From a candidate division WOR-3 bacterium (GTDB lineage: Bacteria; Hydrothermota; Tepidihabitantia; SM23-42; CAYGYG01): a stretch of DNA of 35,965 bases. Below the pieces are notes generated by a model. It was not told the DNA's origin. It did no database searches and saw only the letters and a program-made list of their open reading frames with translations. Made by a program: the position numbers and the translations under genes. Below are positions 9,374 through 18,290 of the stretch, one piece after another; within the stretch, counting starts at the first letter, position 1, and each line of letters begins with the position of its first letter. Location of the stretch: NCBI GenBank assembly GCA_965648915.1, contig CBFGIV010000022.1, positions 1 to 35,965 of the forward strand, written 5' to 3'.

Positions 9374-9724
9374 ATGATTTTTTTAATTGCCCTCCTGATT
9401 ACCGCACCGGTCGATTCAGTCAAGATCGATTCATTGACTATTCCGCCGGTTAAATCGATCGCGGTAAGCGATAACTGGTTTTCGGCTGATAAATTTCTCC
9501 ACCTCGGTGTCAGTACCGGTATGGTCGGTCTTACCTATCATACCTGGGTATGCAGATTGAATCGGGATGAAGATGAGGGGAGGATTCTATCAATCTCTCT
9601 GACCGCGGTGGTGGGTTTGAGTAAAGAGATTTATGATCGGATAAAGAAGGGCCATTTCAGCTGGAAGGATTTGGTTTATGACGGACTGGGATTGGCCTCG
9701 GGTTATTTTCTCTTTGTTTATTAG
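9374..9724 (+). CDS. Small membrane protein, YfiM/DUF2279-like
   Basis: Hydrophobic N-terminus; DKFLH and GLSKEIYD...FSWKDL..D..G pattern; GGAG SD. Confidence 0.55.
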   Translation: MIFLIALLITAPVDSVKIDSLTIPPVKSIAVSDNWFSADKFLHLGVSTGMVGLTYHTWVCRLNRDEDEGRILSISLTAVVGLSKEIYDRIKKGHFSWKDLVYDGLGLASGYFLFVY

Positions 9725-9732
9725 AAGTTCAT

Positions 9733-10383
9733 CTACAGGAATGGATTGGTCTTTCTGATCTGCTCAAAATGGTCAGGCTCACCGTGGCCCGGCAGAACAA
9801 GTGGATTTTTGTCTATCACCTGAAGAATCTTCTTCAGTGATCTGTAGATCTCTGTTTCATCGCCCCCGGGCAGATCGGTTCGGCCAATAGAATCGGCAAA
9901 AAGGGTATCACCGGTTAAGATGTAACCGGTGCCGATGAGGGAGATTGAACCCGGTGAATGGCCCGGGGTGTGGATGACTCTTATCTTCTCTCCGCCGATC
10001 AAAAATTCTTGATTCTCAACAAGAAATCGATCGGCCGGAGAGAATTTTTTTTCCAGGCCGATAAAGAGTGAAAGGTTCTTTTCTGCATCAGTCAGGTAGT
10101 TACCATCGGCCTGGTGGATGAGGACCGGTGCCTTAGTTTTTTTTCGAATAATATCATTGGCACCGATATGGTCGATATGGCCATGGGTGTTGATAATCGC
10201 TTTTAATTCTGACTTCTCCTCTTTGATGATCTCTAATATTGCATCTGCTTCATCGCCCGGGTCGATCAGATAAGAATTGCCATCAGTTTGACCGAGCAGA
10301 AGATAGGAGTTGGTCAGGAGTTCACCGACCAGCATCCTTATTATTTTAATATCCCTTCCAATCTTAAAAGTCGTCTTTTCCAT
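9733..10383 (-). CDS. MBL-fold metallo-hydrolase (glyoxalase II/YcbL-like)
   Basis: THGHIDH, HTPGHSPG, TGDTLF, GRTDLPGG, PGHG. GGAGG SD upstream of ATG 10383. Confidence 0.9.
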   Translation of the reverse strand: MEKTTFKIGRDIKIIRMLVGELLTNSYLLLGQTDGNSYLIDPGDEADAILEIIKEEKSELKAIINTHGHIDHIGANDIIRKKTKAPVLIHQADGNYLTDAEKNLSLFIGLEKKFSPADRFLVENQEFLIGGEKIRVIHTPGHSPGSISLIGTGYILTGDTLFADSIGRTDLPGGDETEIYRSLKKILQVIDKNPLVLPGHGEPDHFEQIRKTNPFL

Positions 10384-10733
10384 TTTATACCTCCGCCAAA
10401 ACCACCTAAGAGACCATCCGCTCTTATTACCCGGTGGCAGGGGATGATTATTGGCCAGGGGTTCTTTGCGACCACCTGGCCCACTGCCCTTGCTCCTTCA
10501 GGGACACTGATTGATCGGGCAATTGCACTGTAGGAGATGGTCTGACCATAGGGGATTTTTCGGACGGCAATCAAAACTTTCCGTTCGAAATTTGTAAATC
10601 GCTTAAGGTCTAATCGGAGATCGAAGTCGGTTCTCTGCCGGTCAAAATATTCCTTCAGTTGTTTCAAGACCATCCGGGCATATCTACCCTGCGCCTGGTC
10701 GGTCCAGCCCTTCTGCCCCAGTTCAACGCTCAA
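10341..10733 (-). CDS. ogt: Methylated-DNA--protein-cysteine S-methyltransferase (start uncertain; frame stays open upstream into uvrC)
   Basis: IPYGQTISY, ARAVG, NPWPIIIPCHRVI active-site motif. The N-terminal SPIG motif lies upstream of the first canonical start (see findings). Confidence 0.9.
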   Translation of the reverse strand: MSVELGQKGWTDQAQGRYARMVLKQLKEYFDRQRTDFDLRLDLKRFTNFERKVLIAVRKIPYGQTISYSAIARSISVPEGARAVGQVVAKNPWPIIIPCHRVIRADGLLGGFGGGIKWKRRLLRLEGILK

Positions 10734-10777
10734 GAGATTTTGCCCTTTGATCTTCAGGGCAAGTGGACCAATTGGGC

Positions 10778-12547
10778 TTATGAATGTAATGTATTGTAGA
10801 TCTCTTCGGCAATCTTTTTTCTGATTCCCCTGACTTTTGATATTTCCTCCCTGGATGCACCGGTCATATTTTTGATGCTGCCAAAGTGGCGTAAGAGTTC
10901 AATCTTCTTCTTCGGTCCCAGTCCCGGAATCCGGTCAAGGATTGAACTCTTAATCTTCCGGCCACGCAACTTCCGGTGATAGGTTATGGCAAAACGGTGG
11001 GCTTCGTTCCGGATATACCGCAGGAGTTTCAAGGCAGGGCTTGAGCAGGGGATGGATACAATCTGGTCGATTTTGTAGTAGAGTTGATCAGAGCGTTTAG
11101 CAAAAGCCAGTACCGGGATCTCAAGGTTCAGTTCTTTAATTGCCTGCCGGGCCGAGCTGAGTTGCCCCTTACCACCATCAATGAGTAAGAGATCGGGTTT
11201 CTCGCCGATAAACTGAGCGAGGCGCCGGTTGACAATCTCACGGATCATCGCAAAGTCATTCTGGCCCTGCACCCTTTTGATCCTGAAGCGGCGGTAGTTG
11301 GACCGATCCGGCCGGCCATCTTTAAAACTGACCGACGCACCGACTGCTGAATCACCCATAATATTTGATACATCAAAGGCCTCGATCCATCTTGGTGGGT
11401 GATCAAGTCTCAGAACCTTTGCCAGTGCTGAGAGGGAGGTAGGGATGAGCCGGACTGCCCGGTCCTGAAGGAGTTCGATTTCCGCATTCTGTTGCGCCCA
11501 GTCTGTAAGGACCTTGGGCTCGTGGAACCGACCGACAGTGAGCTTGACATTCGAGTTTTTAAGTTTGAACCATCTGACCAGGGTTGAGAAGTCGTCGGGC
11601 CTGATCGGCAGGAGAATCTCATCCGGAAAATAGGTTTGATGGAGATAATGCGACCTGATGAAGGCGGCTAAAATCTCGGAGTCGGTGCTGGCCGGGTTGA
11701 TGGCGAGTTTATAGATCTCACGGGCAACGAGCCGGTTTTCTCTAATTTTGAAAAGGGCGAGGCTGGCAAGATTCTCGGTATGGGCCAGGCCAAGCACATC
11801 CCGGTCGATATTATCCCTCGAGACAATTGCCTGGCGCTGCTGGATTAAACGGATTGCCTGGAGATGATCACGCAGATATTTTGCCGATTCATAATTCTCT
11901 TCCCGGGCTGCGGCCCACATCTTTTTCTCGACTTCTTCCTCAAGCAGGTGGGATTTGCCATTGAGGAAGAGGATTACTTCATCAACCAGTTTTCGATAGT
12001 CAGCCGGGCTGATCTGGCCGACGCAGGGCCCGGCACACCGTTTCAGAATGAATTTCAGGCAGGGACGTTTTATCTTTTTTGATGGGAGGGCAAATTTGCA
12101 GGTGCGCAGACCGAATACCCGGGATACGGCATTAACGGTCTGGCGCAGGGCCCGGGCACTGGTATAGGGACCGAAGAGAGCGTTTCCATCCGATTTGATA
12201 TGCCGGGTGACATAGATACCGGGAAATTCTTCCTTGACCGTGATCTTAAGATAGGGGAATTTCTTATCATCTTTAAGCCGGACATTATACTTCGGCTTAT
12301 TGAGTTTGATCAGACTCTCTTCAAGGGTCAGGGCCTCGACATCAGAATTGGTCGGGATGACCTCGATATCGACTGCCCGCTGCATCAGGATCCGGATCTT
12401 GGGGTCTTCATTTTTTAAGTAAGAATTGAGCCGTTTCTTTAAGTTAACCGCTTTACCGATGTAGAGCGGACGGTTTTTCCGATCCTTGAAGAGATAGACA
12501 CCCGGCGTGATGGGTGCGTTTATAATCTTTTCTTTAATACTTTTCAT
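10778..12547 (-). CDS. uvrC: Excinuclease ABC subunit C
   Basis: GIY-YIG domain (PGVYLF, YIGKAVNL), PKYNVRLKDDK, Cys cluster, RNase H-like IEAFDVS and LIDGGKGQ, EAHRFA, C-terminal HhH. Confidence 0.97.
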   Translation of the reverse strand: MKSIKEKIINAPITPGVYLFKDRKNRPLYIGKAVNLKKRLNSYLKNEDPKIRILMQRAVDIEVIPTNSDVEALTLEESLIKLNKPKYNVRLKDDKKFPYLKITVKEEFPGIYVTRHIKSDGNALFGPYTSARALRQTVNAVSRVFGLRTCKFALPSKKIKRPCLKFILKRCAGPCVGQISPADYRKLVDEVILFLNGKSHLLEEEVEKKMWAAAREENYESAKYLRDHLQAIRLIQQRQAIVSRDNIDRDVLGLAHTENLASLALFKIRENRLVAREIYKLAINPASTDSEILAAFIRSHYLHQTYFPDEILLPIRPDDFSTLVRWFKLKNSNVKLTVGRFHEPKVLTDWAQQNAEIELLQDRAVRLIPTSLSALAKVLRLDHPPRWIEAFDVSNIMGDSAVGASVSFKDGRPDRSNYRRFRIKRVQGQNDFAMIREIVNRRLAQFIGEKPDLLLIDGGKGQLSSARQAIKELNLEIPVLAFAKRSDQLYYKIDQIVSIPCSSPALKLLRYIRNEAHRFAITYHRKLRGRKIKSSILDRIPGLGPKKKIELLRHFGSIKNMTGASREEISKVRGIRKKIAEEIYNTLHS

Positions 12548-12599
12548 AGAGAATCTTACGAATTGACAGGCTGTCTGATTTTTCTTTGCAATCTATGAA

Positions 12600-14057
12600 T
12601 TAACCTTTTACCACGCCTAAAGGCCGCATCCGGGCGACTTTTTTCGATATCCCGGCATTGTGGCAGATATCGACAACAACATTGACATCCTTGTAGGCCT
12701 CGGGCACCTCTTCATGCAGGGTCTCATCACTGGCCGAGAGGACGATTATGCCCCTGGCCTTGAGTTCCTTGCTGATTATCCGGCCTTTGGTTCGATTCAG
12801 GGCCTGGGTCCGGGAGAGGAGCCGACCTGCGCCGTGGCAGGTCGAGCCAAAAGTCTCTTTCATTGCCCGGTCAGTTCCGATCAGGAGATAAGAATTTGTC
12901 CCCATATCACCCGGGATCAAAACGGGCTGGCCGATATTTCTGAATTCTTCGGGAATCTGAGGATGGCCGAAACCAAAGGCCCGGGTTGCACCTTTGCGAT
13001 GGACACAAACCTTCAGTCTCTGACCATCAACTTCGTGTTCTTCAAATTTGGCAATGTTATGGGCAACATCATAGACAATCTCCATCCCGAGGGAACGGGA
13101 GGATTTTCTCAGGATCTTCTCAAATGCCTCGCGCACCCAGTGCATAATCGCCTGACGATTGGCCCAGGCATAATTGGCAGCACAGGCCATTGCCGCAAAA
13201 TAGGCTTTGCCTTCAGGTGACTGGATTGGAGCACAGGCGAGTTGGCGGTCCGGGATATTGATGTCATATTTTTTAGTTACCCGGCCGAGGATTTTGACAT
13301 GGTCATCACAGACCTGATAACCGAGTCCCCGGGATCCGGTGTGAATCATTACTGTTATCTGATTGACAAATATTCCCAGTTCCCGGGCAATAAGAGGATC
13401 ATAGATCTCTTCGACCATCTGGATCTCAAGGAAATGATTTCCCGCACCTAAGGTTCCGAGTTGGGGCCGACCCCTTTCTAATGCCCGGGCCGAGACCATG
13501 GCCGGATCAGCGCCATCGATCGCCCCGCTTTCTTCAATCCTGTTTAAGTCTTCATCCCAGCCATAACCATTCTCCAAAGCCCAGCGTGCTCCTTTGACCA
13601 GAACATTTCTTACTTCACGATCAGAGATTTTGATCTTACCGGTAGAGCCAACCCCAGAAGGGACATAGTCGAAAAGGGCCTGCACCAGATCTTCAATCCG
13701 GTGCTCAATATCTTTGTATTCGAGGTCAGTCCTGAGCAGACGGACGCCACAGTTTATATCATAACCAACCCCTCCGGGTGAAATGACACCTTCATCGATC
13801 TTAAAGGCGGCAACACCACCGATGGCAAAACCGTAACCCCAGTGGATATCAGGCATGGCTAAAGAATAGCCAACAATACCGGGCAGAAAAGCAACATTGG
13901 CAACCTGCTCGCCGGCCCGGTCTTCTCTTATTTTGGGCAGAATCCGTTCATCCGCATAGATCAGGCCATCGGTGCGCATACCGGGTTTGTAACTGCGCGG
14001 TATAAGATAGCGGTAACGATCAACCTTTTCGAGTGGGCCCTGCCATCCTTCAGCCAT
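12600..14057 (-). CDS. rtcB: RNA-splicing/repair ligase RtcB (long, ~485 aa form)
   Basis: MPDIHWGYGF, GYDINCG, GTLGAGNHF, HTGSRG, HNIA, HRKGAT, PGDMG, HGAGR, EEVPEAYK. ATG 14057 follows AGGTGG. Confidence 0.95.
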   Translation of the reverse strand: MAEGWQGPLEKVDRYRYLIPRSYKPGMRTDGLIYADERILPKIREDRAGEQVANVAFLPGIVGYSLAMPDIHWGYGFAIGGVAAFKIDEGVISPGGVGYDINCGVRLLRTDLEYKDIEHRIEDLVQALFDYVPSGVGSTGKIKISDREVRNVLVKGARWALENGYGWDEDLNRIEESGAIDGADPAMVSARALERGRPQLGTLGAGNHFLEIQMVEEIYDPLIARELGIFVNQITVMIHTGSRGLGYQVCDDHVKILGRVTKKYDINIPDRQLACAPIQSPEGKAYFAAMACAANYAWANRQAIMHWVREAFEKILRKSSRSLGMEIVYDVAHNIAKFEEHEVDGQRLKVCVHRKGATRAFGFGHPQIPEEFRNIGQPVLIPGDMGTNSYLLIGTDRAMKETFGSTCHGAGRLLSRTQALNRTKGRIISKELKARGIIVLSASDETLHEEVPEAYKDVNVVVDICHNAGISKKVARMRPLGVVKG

Positions 14058-14069
14058 GACCACCTGCCA

Positions 14070-14663
14070 TCAGATAATTTTGCTGGTCTCGATGCGGGAA
14101 AGGGTCATCTTGGCCAGTTCCCGGAGTGTCTCATAGACATTGACCCCCCGGATGGCAACCGCCTCAAAATAGGGGAGGTGCATCCGGTTCAACTTCTCTT
14201 CTAATTCCGCAACAGTTAGAATATTGGGCAGGTCGCGTTTGTTATACTGGATGACGGTCGGAATATCCTCAAGGCGCCTTTTGTAGTCGGCCAGATTCTC
14301 AATCAGATTATCAAAACTTTCGATTGTCTCTTCAATGCGCTCGGCCTGGGAATCGGCAACAAAGACAATGCCATCAACCCCTTTTAAGACTAATTTACGG
14401 GAGGCATTGTAGAACACCTGGCCCGGGACGGTGTAGAGGTGGAAGCGAAGTTTGTAACCCCGGACATTACCCAGTTCTACAGGTAAGAAGTCGAAGAAGA
14501 GAGTCTGATCCAGTTCGGTAGCAAGACTTAGCATCTTGCCTTTGATTTTGGGTGAAAGTTGTGCATAGAGGTAACGGAGATTCGTGGTTTTACCACCCAG
14601 ACCAGGTCCATAATAGACAATTTTGGTATTTATCTCATGGGCAGCATAATTTACATTTGCCAT
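14070..14663 (-). CDS. mglA: MglA-family small Ras-like GTPase
   Basis: KIVYYGPGLGGKTTNL, TLFFDFLP, YTVPGQVFY, NKRDL; colinear with Myxococcus MglA. Confidence 0.88.
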   Translation of the reverse strand: MANVNYAAHEINTKIVYYGPGLGGKTTNLRYLYAQLSPKIKGKMLSLATELDQTLFFDFLPVELGNVRGYKLRFHLYTVPGQVFYNASRKLVLKGVDGIVFVADSQAERIEETIESFDNLIENLADYKRRLEDIPTVIQYNKRDLPNILTVAELEEKLNRMHLPYFEAVAIRGVNVYETLRELAKMTLSRIETSKII

Positions 14664-14673
14664 ATTTCCCCTT

Positions 14674-16263
14674 TTATCCTTGACTACTCCCCATTGCCTG
14701 AATGGTTTTATGGTTAGATTTCTTTAAGATTTTTGTATAGCGCACCGGATCGATTGGATTGAGGTCTTCGTCAAGCGTGTACAGAATACCGGATTGGTCA
14801 TAAAGAATCGGTGCGGGATTACCTTCACCAAAGGGCAGAAGAATTTCAAAAGATCTATCAAGTTTATCAATATCCCAGATCAGGTCAACAATCATCTCTT
14901 CATCACCGGTTCCCATCGGTTTCTCGGGCAGGACAAAATTTTCTTCGGCAAAAGACCGGGCACGTTCAACAAAATCGTCAAAGAAGAAACTATGCATAGT
15001 AAATCCAGCGGCTTTTCGGTGTCCACCAAAATCGATAAGGATATCCTGGGCATTTTTCAGTAGGGCGATGAGGTCCGAGCCATCAGTACCGCGCAATTCA
15101 CCAAAACAGATTGAAGATTCTGAATGCTTCAACCCGTCCTCCGGAGATGGATAACCGATGACCAGAGCAGTTCGTTTGAAGGTATCGCGCAACCTGGTGG
15201 CACAGGGTCCCAGATAGTTTATCGGTCCATTGATCATCTGCGATATCACAATCTGGCTGTCGACCCGGGCAGCAGCAAAGACTTCGTCATATACATTCCG
15301 GAGCTGAGTGAGCCACATTTCATTCTGCAACCTCAGTTTTTGAACCATCTCCGCCGCCCGTAATTCATCCCGTATGAGAAAAACCTCAACGCCCTGATTC
15401 TCCCGGGCGCTTGCGATAAACGGCAGTAATTCATTAAGGATTGTCTGGTAGTTGATTCTTTCGAGTGATGAATCATTAAACAATCTCTTGAGCACGGTGC
15501 GCTGGGTCTTCTTCAGTGCCTCCAGACCAAACCGGCAGAAAGTGCGGTTTTCGTCGATCAGCGGAGCACGGTCAGCGATACTGCCGATCATCACCAGGGC
15601 AATAATCTCAAATTTAATATTGTAGAAATCTTCCATTGAGATCTTAAGCAGACGGTGGGCGAGGGCCTGGGCGACCTTGTAGGCAACCCCGACTCCGGCC
15701 AGTTCCCGGAATGGATATTGAGAATCAACCCGTTTGGGATTTATCGTTGGCCCGGGAAGTCGGGAATCGATGATCTCGTGGTGATCGGTGATGATCAGAT
15801 TTAGTCCCGCACTTTTTGCAATCTCAAAATTCTTTATATTGGAGGAACCGAAGTCGACGGTCAGGATAGTGGTGACGCCCTTCTCCCTATAATCTTTGAG
15901 TAGATCCGGATTTAAGAAGTAACCTTCCCTTATCCGATTGGGGATATGATAGTAGACCCGGGCACCGAGATCGGTAAGAACTTCATACATAATTGATACC
16001 GCACTGAAACCATCGATATCATCATGCCCGTAGATCAAGATCGACTCACGTTGTTTAATGACATCAACGAGCAGGTTGACCAGGGTATCAATATCGGGCA
16101 GGAGAATGGGGGAGTGGAGTTGGTTCAGTGATGGATTAAGAAAATTGATCAGACTCGATTCATCCTTAATTCTGCTCGCCAGAAGAATGGCGATGTGATC
16201 CGGGAGGCTGTACTTCTCACTCCATTTCTTTGCCTTGGCCTGATCGTATTCACGTAACTTCAT
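14674..16263 (-). CDS. RecJ-like DHH/DHHA1 phosphoesterase with a short C-terminus
   Basis: GHDDIDG, PNRIREGY, TVDFG, TDHH, NPKR..YPFRELAGVGVA, GGHRKAAG, PFGEGNP. Confidence 0.8.
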   Translation of the reverse strand: MKLREYDQAKAKKWSEKYSLPDHIAILLASRIKDESSLINFLNPSLNQLHSPILLPDIDTLVNLLVDVIKQRESILIYGHDDIDGFSAVSIMYEVLTDLGARVYYHIPNRIREGYFLNPDLLKDYREKGVTTILTVDFGSSNIKNFEIAKSAGLNLIITDHHEIIDSRLPGPTINPKRVDSQYPFRELAGVGVAYKVAQALAHRLLKISMEDFYNIKFEIIALVMIGSIADRAPLIDENRTFCRFGLEALKKTQRTVLKRLFNDSSLERINYQTILNELLPFIASARENQGVEVFLIRDELRAAEMVQKLRLQNEMWLTQLRNVYDEVFAAARVDSQIVISQMINGPINYLGPCATRLRDTFKRTALVIGYPSPEDGLKHSESSICFGELRGTDGSDLIALLKNAQDILIDFGGHRKAAGFTMHSFFFDDFVERARSFAEENFVLPEKPMGTGDEEMIVDLIWDIDKLDRSFEILLPFGEGNPAPILYDQSGILYTLDEDLNPIDPVRYTKILKKSNHKTIQAMGSSQG

Positions 16264-16269
16264 CAATTA

Positions 16270-16297
16270 ATTATATATATCTCCCATTAAAAGTCAA
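16270..16297 (-). promoter_or_regulatory. Promoter for the recJ-like gene, probably leaderless
   Basis: TTGACT (16297-16292), 16 nt, TATAAT (16275-16270), 6 nt, ATG 16263. Confidence 0.6.
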
Positions 16298-16320
16298 GGG
16301 CAAGAAGAAAAAATCCCTGC

Positions 16321-16348
16321 TTGACGAATTGAAAATTTGAGTTATAAT
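16321..16348 (+). promoter_or_regulatory. Promoter for the gcvPB operon
   Basis: TTGACG (16321-16326), 16 nt, TATAAT (16343-16348). Confidence 0.6.
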
Positions 16349-16362
16349 TGATTGGTGATTAT

Positions 16363-16560
16363 ATGGAATGCAATATCAAGATGAATCGTTCAAAATGTTC
16401 CTGCACTTATGAACCGTGTTCAAGGAAAGGGCGGTGCTGTGAGTGCATTGAGTACCACCGCCAGGCAGGTGAAATTCCGGGTTGTTTCTTCAACAGAGAG
16501 GCCGAGCGGACTTATAACCGTTCGATCGAGTATTTTATCAAATCATTAAAGACAAGATGA
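16363..16560 (+). CDS. Small Cys-rich protein (DUF6485-like)
   Basis: [21 protein letters not shown]...PGCFF...ERTYNRSIE pattern; GGTGA SD before ATG 16363. Family assignment is from recall. Confidence 0.65.
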   Translation: MECNIKMNRSKCSCTYEPCSRKGRCCECIEYHRQAGEIPGCFFNREAERTYNRSIEYFIKSLKTR

Positions 16561-16563
16561 TGT

Positions 16564-18012
16564 ATGAAATTAATATTTGAAGAGTCGAAATCGGGAAGGA
16601 AGGGATACAGTCTACCCGCACTTGATCTTCCCGCCCAGGCCGGAAAAGATCTTATTGAAGAGCGATTTTTAAGAAAGGGTGATCTGAGATTACCCGAACT
16701 GAGCGAACCCGAGGTCGTCAGACATTTTGTCAATCTCTCCAGTATGAATCACCATGTCGACAAGGGTTTTTATCCCCTCGGTTCATGCACGATGAAGTAT
16801 AATCCGAAGATTAACGAAGAGGTCAGTCGTGAAACAGGTTTTACTGAACTCCATCCTTTTCAACCCGTCGCCACTGTCCAGGGGGCATTAAGATTGATGG
16901 CCGAACTGGGCGAATTCCTCTTAAGGATTGTTGGCCTTGATGCGATAACTCTGCAACCCGCGGCCGGGGCCCAGGGTGAATTTACCGGGATTATGATGAT
17001 TCGTGCCTATCACAGAAAAAAGGGTGAAAAGAGGGACAGGATCTTGATCCCCGATTCGGCCCACGGAACCAATCCGGCCAGTGTTACCCTCTCCGGTTTT
17101 GTACCGGTGCAACTGAGTTCTAATGAACAGGGGCTGGTCGATATCAAGAGATTGACCGAACTGATGGATGAGAGGACCGCGGGGCTGATGCTGACCAATC
17201 CCAATACCCTCGGTCTGTTCGAGCGTGAACTGCCGGCAATTGCTGATATCGTCCATCGCAAAGGAGGATTGCTCTACCTCGATGGTGCAAACTTAAATGC
17301 TCTGGTAGGTATTATCCGGCCCGGTCGGTGTGGATTTGATGTGATTCACTTTAATCTCCATAAGACCTTTTCAACACCCCACGGTGGTGGTGGCCCGGGT
17401 TCAGGACCGGTTGCGGTGCGTAAGGAATTGGAAGAGTTCCTACCGGTCCCTTATCTGGTGAGAGACGGAGATAAGTTCTCCCTCGAGTACGACCGTCCCG
17501 ATTCCATCGGTAAGATGCAGGCGAATTACGGTAATTTCCTGATTCTGGTGAGGGCCTATGCCTATATAAGGATGGTAGGTGAAGAGGGATTAAGAGAGGT
17601 GGCAAAGGCAGCAATCATAAACGCCAATTATATAATCCAGTCCTTAAAGGACTATTTTTATCTGCCCTATAATACTTTCTGTATGCATGAGGGGGTCCTC
17701 TCTGGTTCGGTCCTCCGTCAGTATAATGTCCGGACCCTTGATGTCGCCAAACGATTACTCGATTTTGGATTACACGCCCCAACTGTCTATTTTCCGCTTA
17801 TTGTCTCCGAGGCGCTGATGATTGAGCCGACCGAGAGCGAATCGAAGGAGTCGCTCGACAACTTCATTGCGGTGATGCGCCAGATCGTTGAGGAGGCAAA
17901 ACAGGACCCGGTCTTACTTCAGAATGCACCTTACAATACTCCGATCCGCAGACTGAATGAGGTCAAAGCGGCCAAGGAGATGAAGGTTCGTTATTCGGCC
18001 GAGACAAAGTGA
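16564..18012 (+). CDS. gcvPB: Glycine dehydrogenase (decarboxylating) subunit 2
   Basis: YPLGSCTMKYNPK, QPAAGAQGE, PDSAHGTNPAS, TNPNTLG, NLHKTFSTPHGGGGPG (PLP lysine), IEPTESES. Confidence 0.95.
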   Translation: MKLIFEESKSGRKGYSLPALDLPAQAGKDLIEERFLRKGDLRLPELSEPEVVRHFVNLSSMNHHVDKGFYPLGSCTMKYNPKINEEVSRETGFTELHPFQPVATVQGALRLMAELGEFLLRIVGLDAITLQPAAGAQGEFTGIMMIRAYHRKKGEKRDRILIPDSAHGTNPASVTLSGFVPVQLSSNEQGLVDIKRLTELMDERTAGLMLTNPNTLGLFERELPAIADIVHRKGGLLYLDGANLNALVGIIRPGRCGFDVIHFNLHKTFSTPHGGGGPGSGPVAVRKELEEFLPVPYLVRDGDKFSLEYDRPDSIGKMQANYGNFLILVRAYAYIRMVGEEGLREVAKAAIINANYIIQSLKDYFYLPYNTFCMHEGVLSGSVLRQYNVRTLDVAKRLLDFGLHAPTVYFPLIVSEALMIEPTESESKESLDNFIAVMRQIVEEAKQDPVLLQNAPYNTPIRRLNEVKAAKEMKVRYSAETK

Positions 18013-18290
18013 TCCAGGTTACAGAAGAGAGGAAGAATTTTCTTATTAAGCGCATCGCGCAGAAGGTGGTTGATCTGAGATTGACACCGATCGCGATTGT
18101 GATGCTGGAGTCGACCAAACCTTTATCTTTTCTGGCCAGTCAGGCCCTGGTCTTTTTCAACCCTTTTTTCTATGCATTTTTTAAGTATGATGAATATGAT
18201 GAGATTACGACAATGCTGGAAGACAGGAATAATATCGAATCGTTAATCCTTGAGATCGAGCGTCTTGAAAATGAAAGGAGTAAGAGGTGA
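18009..18290 (+). CDS. Hypothetical protein
   Basis: 93-aa ORF coupled by GTGA overlaps to both neighbours. Confidence 0.7.
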   Translation: MIQVTEERKNFLIKRIAQKVVDLRLTPIAIVMLESTKPLSFLASQALVFFNPFFYAFFKYDEYDEITTMLEDRNNIESLILEIERLENERSKR

